64,000 nt of DNA, from NCBI GenBank assembly GCA_021613535.1, contig CP075496.1, forward strand, positions 11,098,001 to 11,162,000, given 5' to 3'. The notes under the pieces are model-generated. The model was not told the DNA's origin, ran no database searches, and saw nothing but the letters and a program-made list of their open reading frames with translations. The position numbers were made by a program, and so were the translations under genes. This document shows, piece by piece, positions 1 to 19,420 of this stretch. The stretch is from Adineta vaga (Eukaryota > Animalia > Rotifera). Each line of letters begins with the position of its first letter. Position 1 is the stretch's first letter.

Positions 1-198
1 AAGTTTAATCAATAAGGAAGTATTCCGTGACGCTGGTCTTCGACGAAAAGCTCTTCGAGATGCCAAAGACAAATTCGAAGAACGGTAAAAGAAAATTTCA
101 TTCCTTAATTTCAAGACAAAAAACCTTTTTCTCTTCTCGTTTCTATTAGATACAAAACAGGCAAACATAAATGGTTTTTCCAAAAATTACGATTCTAA
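1..198 (+). CDS. RPL27: 60S ribosomal protein L27, 3' end (exons 1-84 and 150-198)
   Basis: Spliced translation ...NKEVFRDAGLRRKALRDAKDKFEER|YKTGKHKWFFQKLRF* matches the eL27 C-terminus; GT..AG intron 85-149. Confidence 0.97.
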
Positions 199-393
199 AC
201 CAATGGAAATTTATTCTCAATATCGCGGAACTTTTTTAACATCATCCGAAAGATTTTGTTTTCTGTTTTGATACAAAATAAGAAAGAAAAAAAAAGAAAT
301 AAAACTAACAACACCTATAAAATAGAAAGAATAGGAGAATAAAGAACTCTATCTACACAAAACATCATCATTCTCTCTAGATATTTGAGTATA

Positions 394-4410
<4,017 letters not shown>

Positions 4411-4597
4411 AAAACATTAGTCACTCTTTTTTTCTTCTTCTTTCCTGTGTATCTTATTAAAACATCTTTTTGTTTTTATATTCTTGCACATAAATATAAT
4501 AATAAAAACGAAAGAACGTGTCATTTCATTTCATTTCAACGTCAAGAAGAAGACGATAAGACGAAAAAGTGGGTGTGTGAAATATACGAAGTCATCA

Positions 4598-5524
4598 TGA
4601 CAACTCTTTCGGATCCAGTGCTAATTATATTTGGCACATTCATCTTGCATCAAGTCATATTTTGGATTCATAATGCAATTCTCTTACTATTCACATATGT
4701 CATCTATCCGGATCGTTCGAAAAAATATAAAATTCAAAAAGTTGTATTTTACGACGCTTTTTGTCTCTGATGTAAACAAATCTTTTCTCTAAATAGGATG
4801 TTTATGTTGATTGGAAATCAATTAAAGAATGTACCAAAACAGTGATAATCAATCAAATATTTGTTCTTTTTCCTGCTCTTGTAATTACTTGTCCACTATT
4901 TATGCATCTGAATATTCGATGGCACATACCCATTCCTCCCTGGTATGGTAGTAATTAAGATTTCAATGATCTATTTATTATTTATTAAGTAAAATAGGTA
5001 TCGAATTCTGTTCGAATTATTTTGCTTCTTGGGTGTGACAGAAATCTTTTTCTATTATAGTCATCTTGCGTTGGTAAGCACTAAGACTAAGATGATTTAA
5101 ATGGAATAAATACATTCTTAATTTTGATAGCATTTTTCATCTGTTTATGAATATATTCATAAAAAACATCATCGATTTCGTGCTCCAATTGGTATGGCAG
5201 CTGAATATGCACATCCAATTGAATTCATTGTATCTAATATAACTCCAGTCATTGCTGGACCATTATTATTTCAATCACATCTATTAACTACATGGTTATG
5301 GCTTGTTATTGCACTTACGGGAACAGTAAATCATCATTCGGGATATAAATTACCTGGCATTTGGAAGTGGATTATCTAATCCAGCTTTTCATGATTTTCA
5401 TCATGCAAAATTTACAAATAATTTTGGTCTTTTGGGTATATTAGATCGTGTACACGGAACTGATACAGCCTGGCAAGCGAAAAAAGCGAAACAATATCAA
5501 CAAGGGAAGAAGAAAGAAAAATAG
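4598..5524 (+). CDS. Fatty acid hydroxylase/sterol desaturase family protein (FAXDC2-like); apparent frameshift near 5360
   Basis: His boxes FYYSH, IHKKHH, HHSGY and (in a shifted frame) FHDFHH; AAEYAHPIE; NFGLLGILDRVHGTD. Confidence 0.85.
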
Positions 5525-5797
5525 AAATAAGATATTTTTATTGATGTTACGCAATTTTACTTCTTTTTCTTTGATTTATTATTACAAATAAAACTATTTT
5601 TTGTCGAGATTTTTTTTATTAACTACGGAAAGACAAAAATACACGAGTATAGAGGAAAATCATAATTCTATACCAAGTGTGCATAAAGAATACATTGACG
5701 AAAGAAACAAGAAAATAGAAGGGGATGGCGCGCGCAGCAAAAAGAAAATACAATATAGAATAAAGTAAAGTAAAACTTCGAAAGAAGGAGAGCAGAA

Positions 5798-6739
<942 letters not shown>

Positions 6740-7451
6740 TGTGGCTTAAAAATTCATTTTTTAATAACTGCGAAAAAGAAAAAGGTTATTTACAATTATT
6801 TATTATGAATTAGATTGTAATAAAATATGTATGAAAAATAAATGATTAATTTTTTCTTCTTCTTCAAACATCGAACGAATCCAAAGAGAATATTATCTCT
6901 TATAATTGATGAACTTGAAAAAATCTCAAGAGTATTGCATACATTCAAGTAAATTTACAATTAGAATATTGTTCTGCTTTTTTCTTTTCTTCAACGAGTT
7001 AAAATATTCAAAAGTTTCAATGATAGTTATGAAATATTTTCTCTTGTGTTCTCTCTCTCTCTATCACTAATTTTCTATTCTTATCTATAGTTCCGCATAC
7101 TAACTGTCATGTTTAATAGTGATCACTATTTGTATTGACCTGAGTTGTCAAAGCATTCATGCAAAAAACTTGTGCGTGTTTGTTAAGATGAAAGTAAAAA
7201 CAAGGTAGTCGAATTAAAATATTCTATTACTCTAATAATTTCATTTCAAACATATTGTTCCGAGACAGGTAAATCAGTTTGAAGAAGGGGAAAAACAAAA
7301 GAGAGTCGAATTTCTTACTTTAATATCAAGCTTCAGAATCTAGTCATTAAGTTCTCTTGTTGAACTGCTTCTCAAATGTTCTCTGTTACTAAGAAACAAT
7401 AATAACGACAACAATGTATCCGAGAAGTTGTCAACGATAGTGATAATGATA

Positions 7452-7496
7452 TGTTGTTGTTATTGTTATTGTTGTTGTTGTTATCGTTGTTGTTGT
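7452..7496. repeat. Imperfect (GTT)n/(ATT)n microsatellite
   Basis: tgttgttgttattgttattgttgttgttgttatcgttgttgttgt. Confidence 0.8.
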
Positions 7497-10400
7497 AGAA
7501 AAGAAAGGTATGAATTTCACGGCACACACCACAGATCTGAAGAATATAGAAAAGAAAATTTCTTGCAATCTTTTTATGTTTCTTCTTCTCGTATGGAAAC
7601 ATAAAATGGAAAAGAGAGAGAGAGAGAAAAAGAAAGTTCTGTGCAGACATGCGTATGTTCGTGCGTCAGCATAGTTAGCATTACTATGAAAAAAAAAGTA
7701 AGAGTAGTTGTAGCAACGGCGAACAAAAATAGAAAGAAAATAGTTATGATAATACAGAAAAAAAGAGCGGAAGTGATTTTGAGCTAAAGTGAATTCCCAC
7801 CGTTTGTTTTCGATGTCATTTCCTACTAGACTTCTTAGGATCATAAGACTCAATGATTGATCGATCGAGCGCGTAAGCGAGAATGCTAACGAACATCTAA
7901 GCGAACGAAAATAAGAGACCATTCTAGTTCTTTTTTTTTCTTTTCTTGCATCGATCGATCGATCGGAAAAGAATGAAGATATGATGATGATGTTACTTAA
8001 CTATATCATCAATTCAAAATTAAATATAAAGACAAGATGTTATTCTTCTATTTTTCAAGAAGATGTCCTAGTTAAAAAGCAAACTAGATAAGACAAATAG
8101 ACTAGTAAATATTGTTTTCATCATCTTCTCTTTTTACTTCGTTGTTATATAAATGAGCAAATAATGAAAAGCAAAAAAAGAAGAAAACGTCGAAGAAAAG
8201 AATACAGCATTTTTTTATTGTAAATTGACCTCATAAGAGCTATTCAATTATTTACTGGAGAAACAAACGATTAGTAACAAGAAAAAAGGGAGCTGTTAAG
8301 CACTTTGCATTCGGCAATATTTTCAACTAATTCAGACATTTAGTTCATGGGAAGAAAAATAACTTTTATTGATGAATGAACGTTTAGTTCGTCGAAAATA
8401 TTATCAAAGATTTCCTTCAACGAAATCAAAAGAAATAGATTGGAGCAGTATGTCAAGAACGAGAGAGAAAACAACAAGGTAATATGATCTATATCGTTCT
8501 TATAAACAAAAAACTGATGGTAATGGTTGATATCGTTTTTAATTATCTATCTTTCGTGCGTATATTCATCTTGATGTTTATCTGCGACGACTGCTGATCT
8601 CCCTGAGTTTTGCCATTGGGAGAATTAACACGTGTCGACAATGATCTATTCTCTAGATGATTAGAATCTTCTGTCTGTCGTTTTGCTGACTAATCGCGAT
8701 TAACATATCGATGTCCATGACACAAAATTACCAATACATGGCAAACAAAAAACCTAAATTTTCCACACATATTTTGACATTTTGTTATCTGAACGTTTGT
8801 TTCGAATGTCGTGGAATCCTCCTGAGATCTTTCGAACGACGACGACGACAACGACGACGATGACAACAAGAGTTTTGTCTCATCGATCATCAGATAATCT
8901 ATACATATATTGGAAACTGTAAAATGAATTTCTAATAGAATTGACTGCCTTACTGAATGACATGTATTTCTTCTCTGATTAATTTCGTTTAGATTTCTAC
9001 TATCAAGAGACTCATTCGACTACTATCAGAACTCTACGAGAACGGCATTAATTGAGAGAAATCTTCAGAAAGAAAGAAAAAAAGAAAAGAGAAGCAATCA
9101 AGTGAGAGAAATATAATGAAGACGTATTGTAGAAAAAAACATAACTCAATCGTCGTTATTTAGATAGGCAAAAATGAGACTACACAACAAAATGATAGTG
9201 GAAGAACGTTAGTACTAAACTTAGAACTTGTAATTTCTACTAACTAAATCATTTATTAGCGAACAATTGAATCGTTTTCTTATTAAATATATTTTCTATA
9301 CACTTACACATATATGAAAGAATGAAAACTAGTTTATTTTACGATCAAAAACAACCAGAATGTGAACAATATGGTCGTTCATTTAAAACAATACCAATGA
9401 TTTTAAAACGTTTTGACAATGTATACAAGCAGAAGAAGATGAAGAGCAATGAATCGATCGATTCTTTTGCTTACTCCGGATACAATGTAAACTTAGTATG
9501 CTAATTCAATACATTTTATCTATGGATCTATATATGTTAAGACTATTAGAAGACGAAAATTCAACTAAATGTCATCTTAAATAAAACAACTGATTATATG
9601 CTGCAATTTGTTTCTTCATGCTCGATATAGATGATTATTAGTAAAGAAAATATCAATCAGTTTCCGTTTAAAATTTTTACAATAACAAGAAAATAGATTG
9701 CTCTTTCTTAGTTTGTTTGTCAACGATGATAACAAAAAAAAATATAGAACTAAGACGTCGTAGAGATATAATTGACTATTCTGATCGATCGTCCAAGTCA
9801 GCAATTTCAATATTTATTGACTAAAATAATGCTCCATGCTTAGAACAAAATTGGATCTTGCTCGACAAGTAATCAAGAAAAAAAAAGCTCCCACTCATAA
9901 ATATACTGTTATATCGAACGTGCTTCTTCCTTTCTTCAATAAATCGTTTGACATCGAATCTATCTATAGAGATACATAATATAATAGATACATTGGATAA
10001 AATATTTTCAGAAGATATGGATTATAAGATAATGGAAGAAACGCCCATTATATACTTAATATTTGACACTCTTGTCATCGATATGTTACGAATGAATGGA
10101 TCATCAATTTTCATGTCGGATCTATTTTCTTATACACTTGACAAAAAAATCCATCCTTATCTGGCAAAAGTTGTCCTTCTTTTTCTTTTCTTCTGAAGAT
10201 TCATGCTAGAAGATAATTATTATCTATTTCTCTGATTATTCAAAAAAGAAAAGTTTTTCGTAACTATAGTGAAATAAAAACAAATGATTATAGGAAGCAT
10301 AGGTAGGTGAATTAGATATCTAATTGATTATTTTTACAGATGAATGATTAAGAGGATTTCCTATATCTTGATAATTTTTACTTAATTCTATCGATTTATG

Positions 10401-12523
10401 TGGATGATTTGTGCACGATCGCATTTTGATTTTACTTACGAGATTATATTGAAGACGAATTTTATTGAACTGAAGCGGAATAACTCTTTTCTAATGTTAC
10501 ATTGACAATAAAAAGAATAGGGAAAAAACTGAAGACAACATGGTTAGTCTTTCTCGTTTCTTGTTCTCTCTTCCTCTTCTTCTTCTTCTTCGTCGTCGTC
10601 GTCTATCTTCTTACTTCTCCTTTTTCTCCGTATGTTATCCACATTTTCTTCGCTTCAGATGAAATAAAAAAACAAGTAGTAACTCGTTGTCTACTTCTCA
10701 TCAATATAGACAAATTTTTATCTTTTGATGCAAAAATATCACATAGAAACAAAAAAATTTACATGACAACCTGAGAATCATATATCTAAATATCTATATA
10801 CAATCATTTAGGGGAACATCTTTGTTAGATATCTGTATCTAAAGAAATTACAACATTATAAACAAGGAGAGAGCGAGAAAAAGTGAGATTAATCATTATC
10901 TATAAATATATTTACCATCTGGATAGTATAAAACAATTTGCTATCATTTTACCTATATAATGATGATATTCTTCATAGTTTTTCATGTCTTGGATAAATT
11001 ACCAAATGTGTGCGTGAAAAAGAGTTATGTTTTATGAATGAGACTCCTTCGAGATTTGTTTTTATTCTACTTGTATAGAAAAAGATAGAAAAATAAGGTT
11101 AAAATAAAACATGATTTCCCTTAAGAACTGCACATGTGCAAGTTGTGATTGACGTGATAGGTGAAAAATTACTTATCTTTTATGCATAATTTTTAAAAAT
11201 TACACTAAACTATCATCGTTTTATTTTATCCATAGAGAATGAGTTATATGTAAGTCTATTTCGATCTTTGCTGTTTTCGTCTAGGGAAGCTTCTTAACAT
11301 ACTAACCGGAGACAAGACTTGTAATTCAATTGGTTAAATATCAAGTATTTTTCTATTATCTCTACAGATTATATATTCGTTGATATATAGACATCGGCAG
11401 TTAACTCTTAGGTCGGAAATTGAATTAGTTTGACATAATCGAACGATCTATGAAATCGACTGTTCGGCTTCTGTTAGTCGATGATCATGTAAACTTAATC
11501 TCATAAATTAGACTGTTATAATTACTTTTTGTTCTTTGAGAAGATACTTTCTGATTAGTGACATGATCTTCTAAAAAGCAATTTCTATGAATCCTATTTA
11601 TTTATTTATTTCTCATCGATTGAATCAACTCTCCTGATAGATATACTGAGTTTTGTTTTCTAATGTAGAAAAAAAAACGAACATATCTTCGAATAATTAC
11701 ATGTCCATATGTTGAGAATAATCTTATTGAGATTATTATTGAAGCATTAGATTGAAGTGATAGTCTAAATTCGAGTGATTCTTAGATAAGTACCAATGGT
11801 CTTTTCATTAGTGTCTTGCTGAATTCTTGATTAGAAATATTCCTTGAAGCATCGATAATAAGATAAAGTTTTTTCATCGTGTTTTTTTTAGTAGATGTTA
11901 TCTTCATTCTGGAAAGGGAATTCTTTTGAAGTCATATGAGTGTATCAGATCGTCAATAATCAAAAGGTTATTAAAATTCGTGAATATGTACATGCTAAGA
12001 ATGTCTCCAATCAACATCGTATTCAAGAATACGAAATAAATTATTTGCATTTCTGCTAAAATATAGAAAAAAACAAAACCAAGTTTTATTCAATAGATGT
12101 TCGTGTATTCTCAATCACAATTAGCATCAATAATATAATCCAGTTGCTATTTACCAAGAACTTTCTATTCTCAAGGAATACAATAGATTCATGATTATGG
12201 CATGAAAACGTATTCAAAATATATCTATCAGTCATCTAGATCATGAGTTACTTTCTATGGCTTAATAATTATAATTAAAAAGTATAGAATATGATGATGT
12301 TAGATAGATAATCCTGATTTACGTATAAGATCAATAATGAAATGCAAACCAAGGTTTTTTCTTGTTGAAAGACATGATGACAAAAAAGACGTTTTCTTTA
12401 GATTTTTGTGTAAATCTGAAGTTCACTGTTTCCTTTCTTGTACAGAGGAAAACCTGAGCAGCAATGTAAAGTGATCAAGTATAAGTCAACATTTAGAATA
12501 CAAATTCTTTTTACAGAAACGAT

Positions 12524-13754
12524 TTAATTATCGATTAAAGAATTTTTCAGACAATCTCTGTACCAAACGAAACGAAGACAATCAATATTACCGCCATACT
12601 TGCCGTAGACGAAGCCGACAAAATAATTGGCAATCTTTTCTGTTCTTATTATACCTTCTGTGATGCCAAACGATTCGCTATGACCATAATTTGTTTCAAA
12701 TTCAATACCGGCAATGATTTGAATTACACTGCTGCCTACTTTTAAACGAATTGTTCGATTTTGTTCATAAGTAGTCACTCGCGTAATGGTTTCATTCTTA
12801 TCTAACGACATCTTTTTGGAATTTTCTGGCAAACGAACATGATTCTCACATCCATATTCCTGTCCATATCTACCATGAGAATAAAGAAATTTTATACAAC
12901 CTAACGTGTCTCTACCTGAAATAATTTGTAATGAAAATTCTTTCTTTTAGTACATTTATAGACTTACCATCTTCATCTTTGATAGTGAAAGTTTCGACAT
13001 CAGTTATCCTGTGACTGAAATCAAGATCAGCGATTTCAGCATCCGACTTTAAATGGTTCCCTCCGTACGTATTACCATGAAGCATGCCTCTTTTAACGAC
13101 GAGTATTCCTAGAAAATATTTCAGCTAGTTTTAATTAATTTTAATTTCTAATTTACTTTCAGATTGATATACATTGTCAGAGGATTTGTCATTCAACATC
13201 CAAATTTTCAGCGACGCACAAATGAGTATTACAATGACAATAAACAGACAAAGATCATATTTTGTTACATAAATTCTACCAATTTTATAGATAAATGATC
13301 GAGATTTAGAAGATTTATTGATTTTTTTCTTCATGAATGAACTAACAACTTGAAGATTAGATTAAATAACTAGATAAATATTAAAAACATAATATCTATC
13401 AAATTTACCTGATTTCGTTTTACAATCTTCATTTTTCAATGTTTGTTGATATTGTTTATAGTCTAGAAGATAAATTTGATTCTTAATATGAATGCACATA
13501 TTTAAATAACCTTCAAGTTTTCGAACAGCTTCGAAACAATTCATTTCTTGAAATGTTTTGATAAATAAATTCAAATCTTGCTCGGTAATTTTCTTTTGTT
13601 GATAGAATGATTTTATGGTCAATAACACATCGATAAGTATTGTATCGTTATGTAATTTTTGTATTAAAAGTCCACAAAGACGTTGTCGATCGTTTTCTGG
13701 TGCAATATTTCTTAATTTCAATAAGAAATTTTGACAATGAAAGTCTTTATTCAT
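12524..13754 (-). CDS. DED - TM - jacalin-like lectin protein, paralogue 1 (5 exons; extra intron inside the lectin)
   Basis: DED-like exon MNKDFHCQNFLLKLRNI...MNCFEAVRKLE; TM LCLFIVIVILICASLKIW; lectin GMLHGNTYGG...IIAGIEFETNYG...VYGKYGGNIDCLRFVW. An open frame can be spliced using an AAG acceptor near 13350. Confidence 0.8.
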
Positions 13755-13927
13755 CTAAAACACGATTCAAAATTATCATATTGATCTACATTCGAACTAA
13801 AGTATACACATTCGTGACTATGAATATGAAATGTCTTTCTTTCTCAGCTTATAGGATTTTTATGTCAGACATATCACAAAGAATACAGTTTGAACACAAA
13901 TTGAAACTTCTTTCATTCGTAGTATGT

Positions 13928-15273
13928 CTATTGAGCAAATAAATCGTCATTAATATGAAGTATAACAGTGTCGTTAAGAGAAAGTCGTTGATATTTATAA
14001 AATTGAAATCCATTTATATAATTATTTTTAATCAGTCCTTCAACATACCAATGAATAAAATTGTCAGTCAGATATTTACATTTATTGTTAGTATCTTTTC
14101 CGTATAGATGCTTTTCAGTTCCAATACCAATTAGTAAACCTTCGATATAAGTTGATTTATAATTTTTATCATTGAAATATTGAGTAAATTCTCTGATACG
14201 TCGCGTCGGATCGAATGTTAAGAGCGTTTTATTGGTTCCTGTACAATTATAGCTAAATTGATGTTTGAAAGTTTTGTGATTTGAATAAATAAATTCAATA
14301 GAACATATAAGTTTGCTCGTATGATTGAGTTCAATAGATGTCAAATGATCATTATATGTGAGAGAAAGATTTTGAGCATGACTGATCCGTTGACCATCTG
14401 TAATTGTAATATTAGAACATAATTCATCTTTTTTTATTATATATACCGCTAAATACGAGAACACAAATATATTATTTTAAACGTCAATGATTTGAAGAAG
14501 AAAAAACATACCGGAATCAGTTTTTGATCTTATAGGAGGTTTATGAAGTTTTTTTGGAAGAACAACCCATAGACAAAACACAAAAATTGAAATCATGAAT
14601 ATAGACATAAAAAATAAACTAATAGTTAATGATGATTTATAAAATCGTGGTGGTAAACTCGGTGAAATATGTTTTACTACTTTATTATTAGATTCTTGCA
14701 ATCGTGATAGACAACTATCTGAAATATTCGTCGAATAAATGTTTAATATTCAATCACAAAGACTAATTGGTATATATACCTGATACTAATGAATGTATCT
14801 CAAAAGTTGCACATTCATCATCATCATTATCCACGATAGTACTCCGTTGGTTAATGATTTATGTGACCGTTTTGCTGATTGAAATTCTGAAATACAAACA
14901 ATTCTGAACATCGATTTACGAAAATGATCAAACATATATTAGATATGATACACTTCAATATGAAATCTTTGCTTATTATAATTGACAAAAGAATTCGAAT
15001 GTGATCAACAAACAAACCTCGAAGTTGTCTAACAGCACTATGACAATTGATAGCATCAAATGCTTTGATTAAAAAATCGAGATTATTTTCCGTAATATTC
15101 TCTTGTTGAAATAATGTCTCGATAATATTTAATGTTCCATGAAGTGTTATATCATCACGATCATCTCGTGATACAATTGTACCAATCACAAAATGAAGTA
15201 AAGTTCGTTCTTCACTAGATATTTCACTTTGGAGATTGATTAATAATTTTCGACAATCGAATTGTCGATCCAT
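13928..15273 (-). CDS. DED - TM - divergent jacalin-like protein, paralogue 2 (apparent frameshift in exon 2, ~14845)
   Basis: DED exon MDRQFDCRKLLINLQSEIS...INCHSAVRQLR; TM LTISLFFMSIFMISIFVFCLWVVL; beta-rich last exon aligning to the paralogues (SLTYNDHLTSI, IEFIYSN, YINGFQFY). Confidence 0.75.
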
Positions 15274-16542
15274 CTGAAATCTATGTAAAACATATGTGCA
15301 GTCATGAAATCCAAAGATGAAAAAAGAATTAAAAAATGTAATATTAACAGGATAAAGATGAAATCCTATAAAGTTTATAGTGATTTTTATTGAAGTAGAA
15401 CGATGGGAAAAAGAGATAACGAATACAGACGAAGATAAATCATTCAATCAATTGAGAGAAGCTAATCTTTTATATGACATCATCACGCTTTTTTCCCAAC
15501 TTTAAAGGGTAAACTCATTCTTATGATTCAAGTCCATCAAGATGTGTAGCAGTAGTACCGCTTACTCATACCATGTAAGGTTATTTGTAACATTGTACAA
15601 TCTTGAATCTATAGAAACTAGTCCTATTTTCGATATGAATGTGATTATACATTTAGTCAATGATTACTACGATGCAGACTAATGAAATAACCTTACTGAT
15701 GTAGAAAGTATTGAAAAAAGAAACTCTTCGTCCACTTGGCATACCAAACAAGTAATGGGAAAAGTTTACGTGACTGATTTGTATACCAATTACCTATCAT
15801 AGATAGCCCGTTATCTTATTTCATTGATGCACCAATTAAAAGATTTAAAATTAGTTCTAATACGTGTATATTTATAAAGAAAAGATTTGGTTTTACCGAA
15901 AAAGTGTAATAAATAGATATTAGAAAACAAGATGCTAATAAAAGAAATGGACGTATGAATAAAGCGTGGAAAGAAAACGTATAAATATAATAATTAGCCA
16001 TGATAATTGGGAAACAATTTTTCTTTCCCATTGTAAGATTATTCTGTTTGAATACTAAACATATGAGAATGATGTCATTTTTGTTGTAATTCTATAGAAA
16101 TTGTTTATCTTTTGTAAATTAGCACAAATATATAATTCGAGAACATTGTATTCACCTTTTTTCTACGTTGAAATAGTTATTTTTACGACATATGATACAA
16201 TTTATGTAGATAAACATTTTAAAATGCGTAGACGAATTTGATATAATCTTCGATAATATTTCACTGCATGGATACGATAAATATAGATCATGGGAAAAAA
16301 TGTACGTAGATGTAGGAAGAGAAAAGAAACGCCTTATCTTTTGCCTGTCTACGTTATACGATATTTTTATGGCCCGAATTAGTTTTTATTATGTTCGTGA
16401 TATGGAATAAATACTCGAATTTAGATTCATCTGTAAAAATTCCGTCAAATTTGAATGTATTAAATTCTACTTTTATTTAACGATATATATTTATCAATCA
16501 TATTGACTATTTAAAAATACATGTTTGGGAATTTATTTCTTC

Positions 16543-17905
16543 TTAATATGATGAGAGAGTAGCAGTAGTTGACGGTGATGTAAGTCTATACCAAACAAAC
16601 TGTATTGCATCAATATATCCAGCACCTCTTCCTCGAATGTACGCTAGTGTATAAGTTGAAAAAGTCTCATTCACTACTATTGCATTTGAAGAACCAAAAA
16701 GTTCACTAAATCGTCCTCTATCTGTAAAAAAACGTAGACCAACGATCAGATAAGTACCATTTGGTGAAAATGGATTTGCAATAGTACGTGTACTCGTATA
16801 AATTGATACACTATCGATATGTTCGTCAGACTCTAAAACGAATGTCGACGTATATGGAGAAGAACGATATACTTCGGAACCATGCTGTTTAGATTTATCA
16901 TTTGTATAAGAGAATGTCACGAAATCTAAAACATCAGATGTCCATCCAGCGCTAATACTCATTATCTTATCATTAAAATTTAATGAACAATCTTTAGCAT
17001 CATTGAATTCATTACCACCGTCTATATTTCCATACATAGATCCTGCTTTGATAATTAATATGTCTACAAGTGACAATTAATCGTGTATAGATATATATAT
17101 ATATATTTTGTAGATCTTCGTAAAAACCTACCTGAGTTGGAACGTTTGACTTTGACGAACAGAATAAGTAACAATAGAAAAGCGGAAATACCAATAATAT
17201 TCAAAAAAAAAAGAATAAGTTGACAGATTGTTAATTTTGATTTGAATATTTGTTTGACTAATGTTACATTGACGTTGAAAAGTTTATTATCACAATGTAG
17301 TGATGTTTTCGTTAGATTTATTTTATCATCATTACAACTATTTTGATCAAATGATATTGTTGTAGCTTGACTCGATGTTGATGCACGCTCACTAGAATTA
17401 TGGCTTGCATTCAATTCTGGAGTAGACTCTAAAAGTATTCCAATGAATCTCTAAATCTCTACAATAATAGATAAATCTTACTGGGAAAAACAATTTTATC
17501 TAGTTGATCATTATCATCAAGTATATCGGAAACATTTGTTGCAGTAGTTCCACTATGAACTCGTTGATGTTGAATCAATTGATGTTCTGAAAAAAAACCC
17601 AAATAGAACAATGGTGTTAACTGTGAGCAAAACGCACATTATTACATACCTTTTAGTCGCTTTACTGCTTCATGGCAATGAATTTCACGAAACACTTGAA
17701 TCAAATAATCAAAATCTTGTTCACTAATTTTAGCTTGATCAAAAAGTGTTTCAAGAAGATTCAATGTTCCACCCAATGTTGGATCATCACGTAGTTGTCT
17801 TGGAATAGTATCACCAACAATGAAATGTAGACGTCGTCGATCATTATCCGACAAACAATCTTGAAGTTTTAAAAGTAGAGCTCGAAAATCAAATTGCTCA
17901 TCCAT
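16543..17905 (-). CDS. DED - TM - jacalin-like lectin protein, paralogue 3 (4 exons, intact)
   Basis: DED exon 17650-17905; linker NVSDILDDNDQLDKI; TM LTICQLILFFLNIIGISAFLLLLILFV; lectin YGNIDGGNEFND...IVGLRFFTDRG...GRGAGYIDAIQFVW. Confidence 0.88.
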
Positions 17906-18244
17906 GTTTTTATAAATACTTATTACTGTATATATAGTAATATAATATGATTATTACAGTATTTATGGTAATGTAATATGATATATCGATTTTGTTTTCT
18001 ATTGAAAATGAATGTAAAGTGCGAAAAAACCGTCACACTTCAGCACACATTTATTAAATTATTATATTAATAGTGGGTGATAAAAAAGAGATGGATGACG
18101 TATACCATTTATCATAGTATATAGAAAATAAATGTTTACTTTCTATTTCCTTTCTCAAGAAAAACATGAGTCAATATATGATCTAGTGATAGGTGAAAAA
18201 TATTTTTTACCTACAATTTTATTTATCCATACATTCTACATGAG

Positions 18245-19420
18245 CTATTTTAAAATATCCGACACTCGTGTTGTGACATTACAAGGACGAGACTTATACC
18301 AAATAAACTGTAACGCATCAATAAATCCGTGAGATCGACCTCGAGCAAAGGCTAGTTTATAATCTGGATATACTTCGTCGGATCGTGTACTACTTGCTGA
18401 TCCAAATAGTGCACTCTGCCGATTTTCATTTGTATAAAATTGCAGACCAACAACGATTGTAGTTCCATTCGGTTGATAAGGATTAAGAATTTTACGCATA
18501 TCTTTATAGATCGTAACACCTATGATGTTTTCTTCAGGATTCAACATAATTGTATTAGTAAGTATGGATGGTCGAGTAGCATCACCAGTTCCATGTATTG
18601 CTGTTGCACCATTAGAATAGATAAATGTGATTGTTGTAAGTGAATCAAAGGACCATGTCGCTTTAACACCAAGTAACTTGTCGTTTATTGTCAATAAATT
18701 GTTGAGAGCATCATCAAATGGTTCACCACCTAATGGTTCGCCAAAGAAAAGACCTTCTCGAACTATTAAAACACCTAAATGAAAACGTATCATGTAAATT
18801 TTTCGTTAATAGTTAAGATTACATACTTTCTGAACAGTTTTCTTCACGAATAGAAGAATGAAGCGTTATCTCATCAGAGGATATTATTGGAGCGTGACTT
18901 GATGTTGACCCATGTTTGTCAGAATCATGGGAAGCTTCATACTCAGTAGATAAACCTGAAAATATTTATTCATTTCAATATTTTGTATCGTATTCAGTAA
19001 ATTTTACAAATAGTACTGATTTTATCTTCATTATCATAAAGGATATCGGATATCATCTTTGAACCAACATTGTTATTTTCTGATCGCCGTTGTTTTAGTT
19101 TATGTTCTAAAATAATACAGTTTGATTAATGTTGACGAAGAAATATAAAATAAATGCTGCAAACCTTTTAATCGCAGTACGGCATGAGGACAAGGAATTT
19201 TGTGGAACGCGACAATTAAATAATCAAAACATTGACTACTAATTTTACCTCGATCAAAAAGTGATTCAAGAACATCCAATGTTCCACCCAAGGTTGTATT
19301 CTCACGCATAGATCTTGGAACATCGTTGCCCAAAATAAAATGAAGGCTTCGACGATCTACTTCTGACAAGGAATCTCTAATTTCGAGTAACAATCCTCGA
19401 AAATCAAATTCTTCATTCAT
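18245..19420 (-). CDS. DED - jacalin-like lectin protein without TM helix, paralogue 4 (4 exons, intact)
   Basis: DED MNEEFDFRGLLLEIRDSLS...IPCPHAVLRLK; hydrophilic exons 2-3; lectin FGEPLGGEPFDD...VVGLQFYTN...GRSHGFIDALQFIW. Confidence 0.85.

Noticed and set aside
6740-12520. ORFs of 60-163 aa in the long gap upstream of KCTD
   Set aside because: Low-complexity Phe/Leu/Asn-rich translations of AT-rich and microsatellite DNA with no motifs or splice-consistent model; likely 5' UTR introns and regulatory sequence.
13640-18643. Plus-strand ORFs overlapping the DED-lectin genes (13640-13942, 18132-18332, 18440-18643)
   Set aside because: Antisense shadows of real exons with no independent coding signal.
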